Below are positions 62,101-64,000 of a stretch of DNA of 64,000 nt, piece after piece. Each line of letters starts with the position of its first letter. Positions within the stretch are counted from its first letter, which is position 1. A program made the position numbers and the translations under genes. The notes beneath the pieces were generated by a model. That model was not told the DNA's origin and did no database searches. It saw nothing but the letters and a program-made list of their open reading frames with translations. The DNA comes from Clostridia bacterium (GTDB lineage: Bacteria > Bacillota > Clostridia > Christensenellales > Aristaeellaceae): NCBI GenBank assembly GCA_009784985.1, contig WQXF01000001.1:1540-65539 (forward strand), read 5' to 3'.

Positions 62101-63396
62101 ATGTCATATAGAATTGATAATGTGTTGCTCTTTACTGGAATAGACTGGGTATCTAATGCGTGCGTGTACATTGATGGAGCCAGAATTATTTATGCAGGAG
62201 CGCAAGCAAAAGCACCACTATTCGATATTCCCCATGATTACATTAATGGGCATGGTTGTATAGCTATGCCGGGTTTGTCCAATGCGCATACCCACCTTTC
62301 GATGACATTGCTCCGTGGTGTGGGAAGTGACCAGGTTTTGCTCGACTGGCTAGAAAACGCTGTGTGGCCTGCAGAGAAGCGGCTTACTCCCGCCTTTGCC
62401 CGTGCTGGGGTAAAGCTAGGCCTGCTAGAGCAGCTGCGCTTTGGTGTCACAAATTTTGCTGATCAGTATTTCTATATGGATGATGTGGCTGAGGCGGTGA
62501 TCGAGAGTGGCGCACGGGCTTTGTTGGCTTGTGGGCTTTTGGGTTCTAATCATGAGCATCATAAGCAACAACTCGCCAAGAATGTGGCCCTGTTCAGGCA
62601 GTACCATGGCGCGGCCGAGGACCGTGTTCGTGTGGGGATCGGCACCCACGGCGAATACACCAACACCGATGAATCCATCCGCGCCCATGCAAAAGCGGCC
62701 CAGGAGCTAGGCGCGATGATCCACGTGCACATCGCCGAGACCCGCGCTGAAACAGAGGGCTGCAAGAGCCGCCGCAATGGTCGGTCGCCGGTGCGCTACC
62801 TTGCGGACATGGGGTTGCTGGACATCCCCACCCTGGCTGCCCACTGTGTGTGGGTGGACGATGCCGATATGGATATCCTGGCCGAAAAGGGGGTAGCGGT
62901 GGCCCACAACCCGGTAAGCAACCTAAAGCTGGCCAGCGGCGTGATGCCCCTGCCCCGCATGTTGGAAAAGGGCATACAGGTATCCCTGGGCACCGACGGC
63001 GCGGCCAGCAACAACAACTTGAACCTATGGGAAGAAGTTAAACTCACCGGTATCCTGCACAAGGGGGTATCCGGCGATCCTACGCTGATTTCGCCCAAGC
63101 AGGTGCTGGCCATGGCCACGCGCAACGGAGCGCGGGCAATGGGTTTTGAAAACGTAGGTTTGCTGCTGTTTGGCTGGCATGCCGATATGATCCTGCTGGA
63201 GGCCGGTTTGCCCCACCGTGTTCCCTGTGTGGATCCCGCTGCCGATCTGGTATACGCCGCCCAGGGCGCCGATGTGCGTATGACCATGGTAGATGGCCGC
63301 GTGCTTTACCTGGACGGTGAATACCTTACGTTGGATAAGGAACGGATCATAACCGAAGCCCAAAAGGCTGCCGATGTGATGATCTATGGAAGATAA
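62101..63396 (+). CDS. mtaD: Amidohydrolase, 5-methylthioadenosine/S-adenosylhomocysteine deaminase (MtaD)-like
   Basis: Patterns PGLSNAHTHLSMTLLRG, HVHIAET, AHCVW and SLGTDGAASNN match the MtaD/SsnA-type deaminase family. Confidence 0.8.
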   Translation: MSYRIDNVLLFTGIDWVSNACVYIDGARIIYAGAQAKAPLFDIPHDYINGHGCIAMPGLSNAHTHLSMTLLRGVGSDQVLLDWLENAVWPAEKRLTPAFARAGVKLGLLEQLRFGVTNFADQYFYMDDVAEAVIESGARALLACGLLGSNHEHHKQQLAKNVALFRQYHGAAEDRVRVGIGTHGEYTNTDESIRAHAKAAQELGAMIHVHIAETRAETEGCKSRRNGRSPVRYLADMGLLDIPTLAAHCVWVDDADMDILAEKGVAVAHNPVSNLKLASGVMPLPRMLEKGIQVSLGTDGAASNNNLNLWEEVKLTGILHKGVSGDPTLISPKQVLAMATRNGARAMGFENVGLLLFGWHADMILLEAGLPHRVPCVDPAADLVYAAQGADVRMTMVDGRVLYLDGEYLTLDKERIITEAQKAADVMIYGR

Positions 63397-63838
63397 AAGC
63401 AAAGCGTCTTTTTTGCAGCATTGGTTTAAGGGATTTGCAAAATCCATAGATCGTATAGCGGAACCGGATCGCAATGTGATTTGGAAAGAATGCGGCAGGG
63501 CATGCTCGGATTCGTATACAAAACAAATATACGTGGAGACTTATGCACTTTGTGAGAACATCCGCGATTTTTGTGCGCGTTTAAAAGAGCGATTTCCTGA
63601 GATGGATATTTGCGTGTCGGGGGATGGGGGATATATTCAACTGACGTATCGTTACTGCGCGTGTGACTTGGTGCGCGACGGGTTTATGAGCACACCTTTG
63701 TTGTGCGAGTGTTCGCGGCAGAGCTTATTGTACAATTGGGAAGCGGTGCTTGGCGAACAAAGGGTAGAGGTGGAATTGCTGCAGTCCATACTGGGTGGCG
63801 GCGATTGCTGCCGGTTTCTGATACGTGTTTTGGCATAG
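63386..63838 (+). CDS. Hypothetical Cys-rich protein (150 aa)
   Basis: The ORF overlaps the mtaD stop by 11 nt. It has 12 Cys, including CACD, CECS and a C-terminal GGGDCCRF. No confident family assignment. Confidence 0.45.
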   Translation: MEDKSKASFLQHWFKGFAKSIDRIAEPDRNVIWKECGRACSDSYTKQIYVETYALCENIRDFCARLKERFPEMDICVSGDGGYIQLTYRYCACDLVRDGFMSTPLLCECSRQSLLYNWEAVLGEQRVEVELLQSILGGGDCCRFLIRVLA

Positions 63839-63853
63839 ATCGCCGCGGATCCG

Positions 63854-63944
63854 GTAGGGCGCGACGCCCTCGGCGCGCCGTGATTCGACCCAAATAACGC
63901 ACCGTTGCTGCAATACGACGGCGCGCCGGGGCGTCGCGCCCTAC
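63854..63944. repeat. GC-rich palindromic repeat, variant subfamily (GTAGGGCGCGACGCCC...)
   Basis: gtagggcgcgacgccctcggcgcgccg (63854-63880) faces cggcgcgccggggcgtcgcgccctac (63919-63944), with a ~38-nt spacer. Confidence 0.75.
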
Positions 63945-64000
63945 AAACGGCAAACCGGCCGTTTTGCGTTATCCCTCTTTTTTGACCACCGGGATGCAAA

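Overview
This window looks like a high-GC (roughly 60% by eye) chromosomal segment of a spore-forming Firmicute, probably Clostridia-like. No rRNA, tRNA, CRISPR array, integrase or transposase was seen.

Most of it is housekeeping DNA with Bacillus-like operon synteny:
- gerM, an rph-rdgB fusion, ysnB
- yicC, remA, gmk, rpoZ, coaBC
- yerC, pcrA, ligA
- purR followed by a GlmU C-terminal domain, then murC
- lgt, upp, queG, pncB, recX, CotF-type coat proteins, a ribose-type ABC transporter, and a GH94 phosphorylase with a LacI regulator

Other content:
- Three paralogous BspA-type LRR surface proteins, a Listeria-Bacteroides (InlB B) repeat protein and a Big_2 protein.
- A methyltransferase-PPK2-ANT(6)-APH operon.
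- A DinJ-YafQ toxin-antitoxin pair.
- An orphan phage tail-fibre/XkdX remnant.
- Two families of GC-rich palindromic intergenic repeats, plus one giant hairpin.

Several short AT-rich islets (about 37-45% GC on hand-counted lines) carry genes I cannot assign to known functions. The best candidates for an undescribed system are:
1. 29.2-32.45 kb: a P-loop kinase-like / TrpH-type PHP phosphoesterase gene pair next to a multi-TM GT2 synthase.
2. 60.4-62.1 kb: a consensus promoter driving a 2-TM protein translationally coupled to a PNP/MtnN-family nucleosidase. The composition step of this islet falls inside the downstream mtaD gene.
3. 36.1-36.9 kb: a 3-TM protein interrupted at an in-frame A_AAA_AAA slippery heptamer.

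All functional calls come from motif recognition in the supplied translations. No database search was run.
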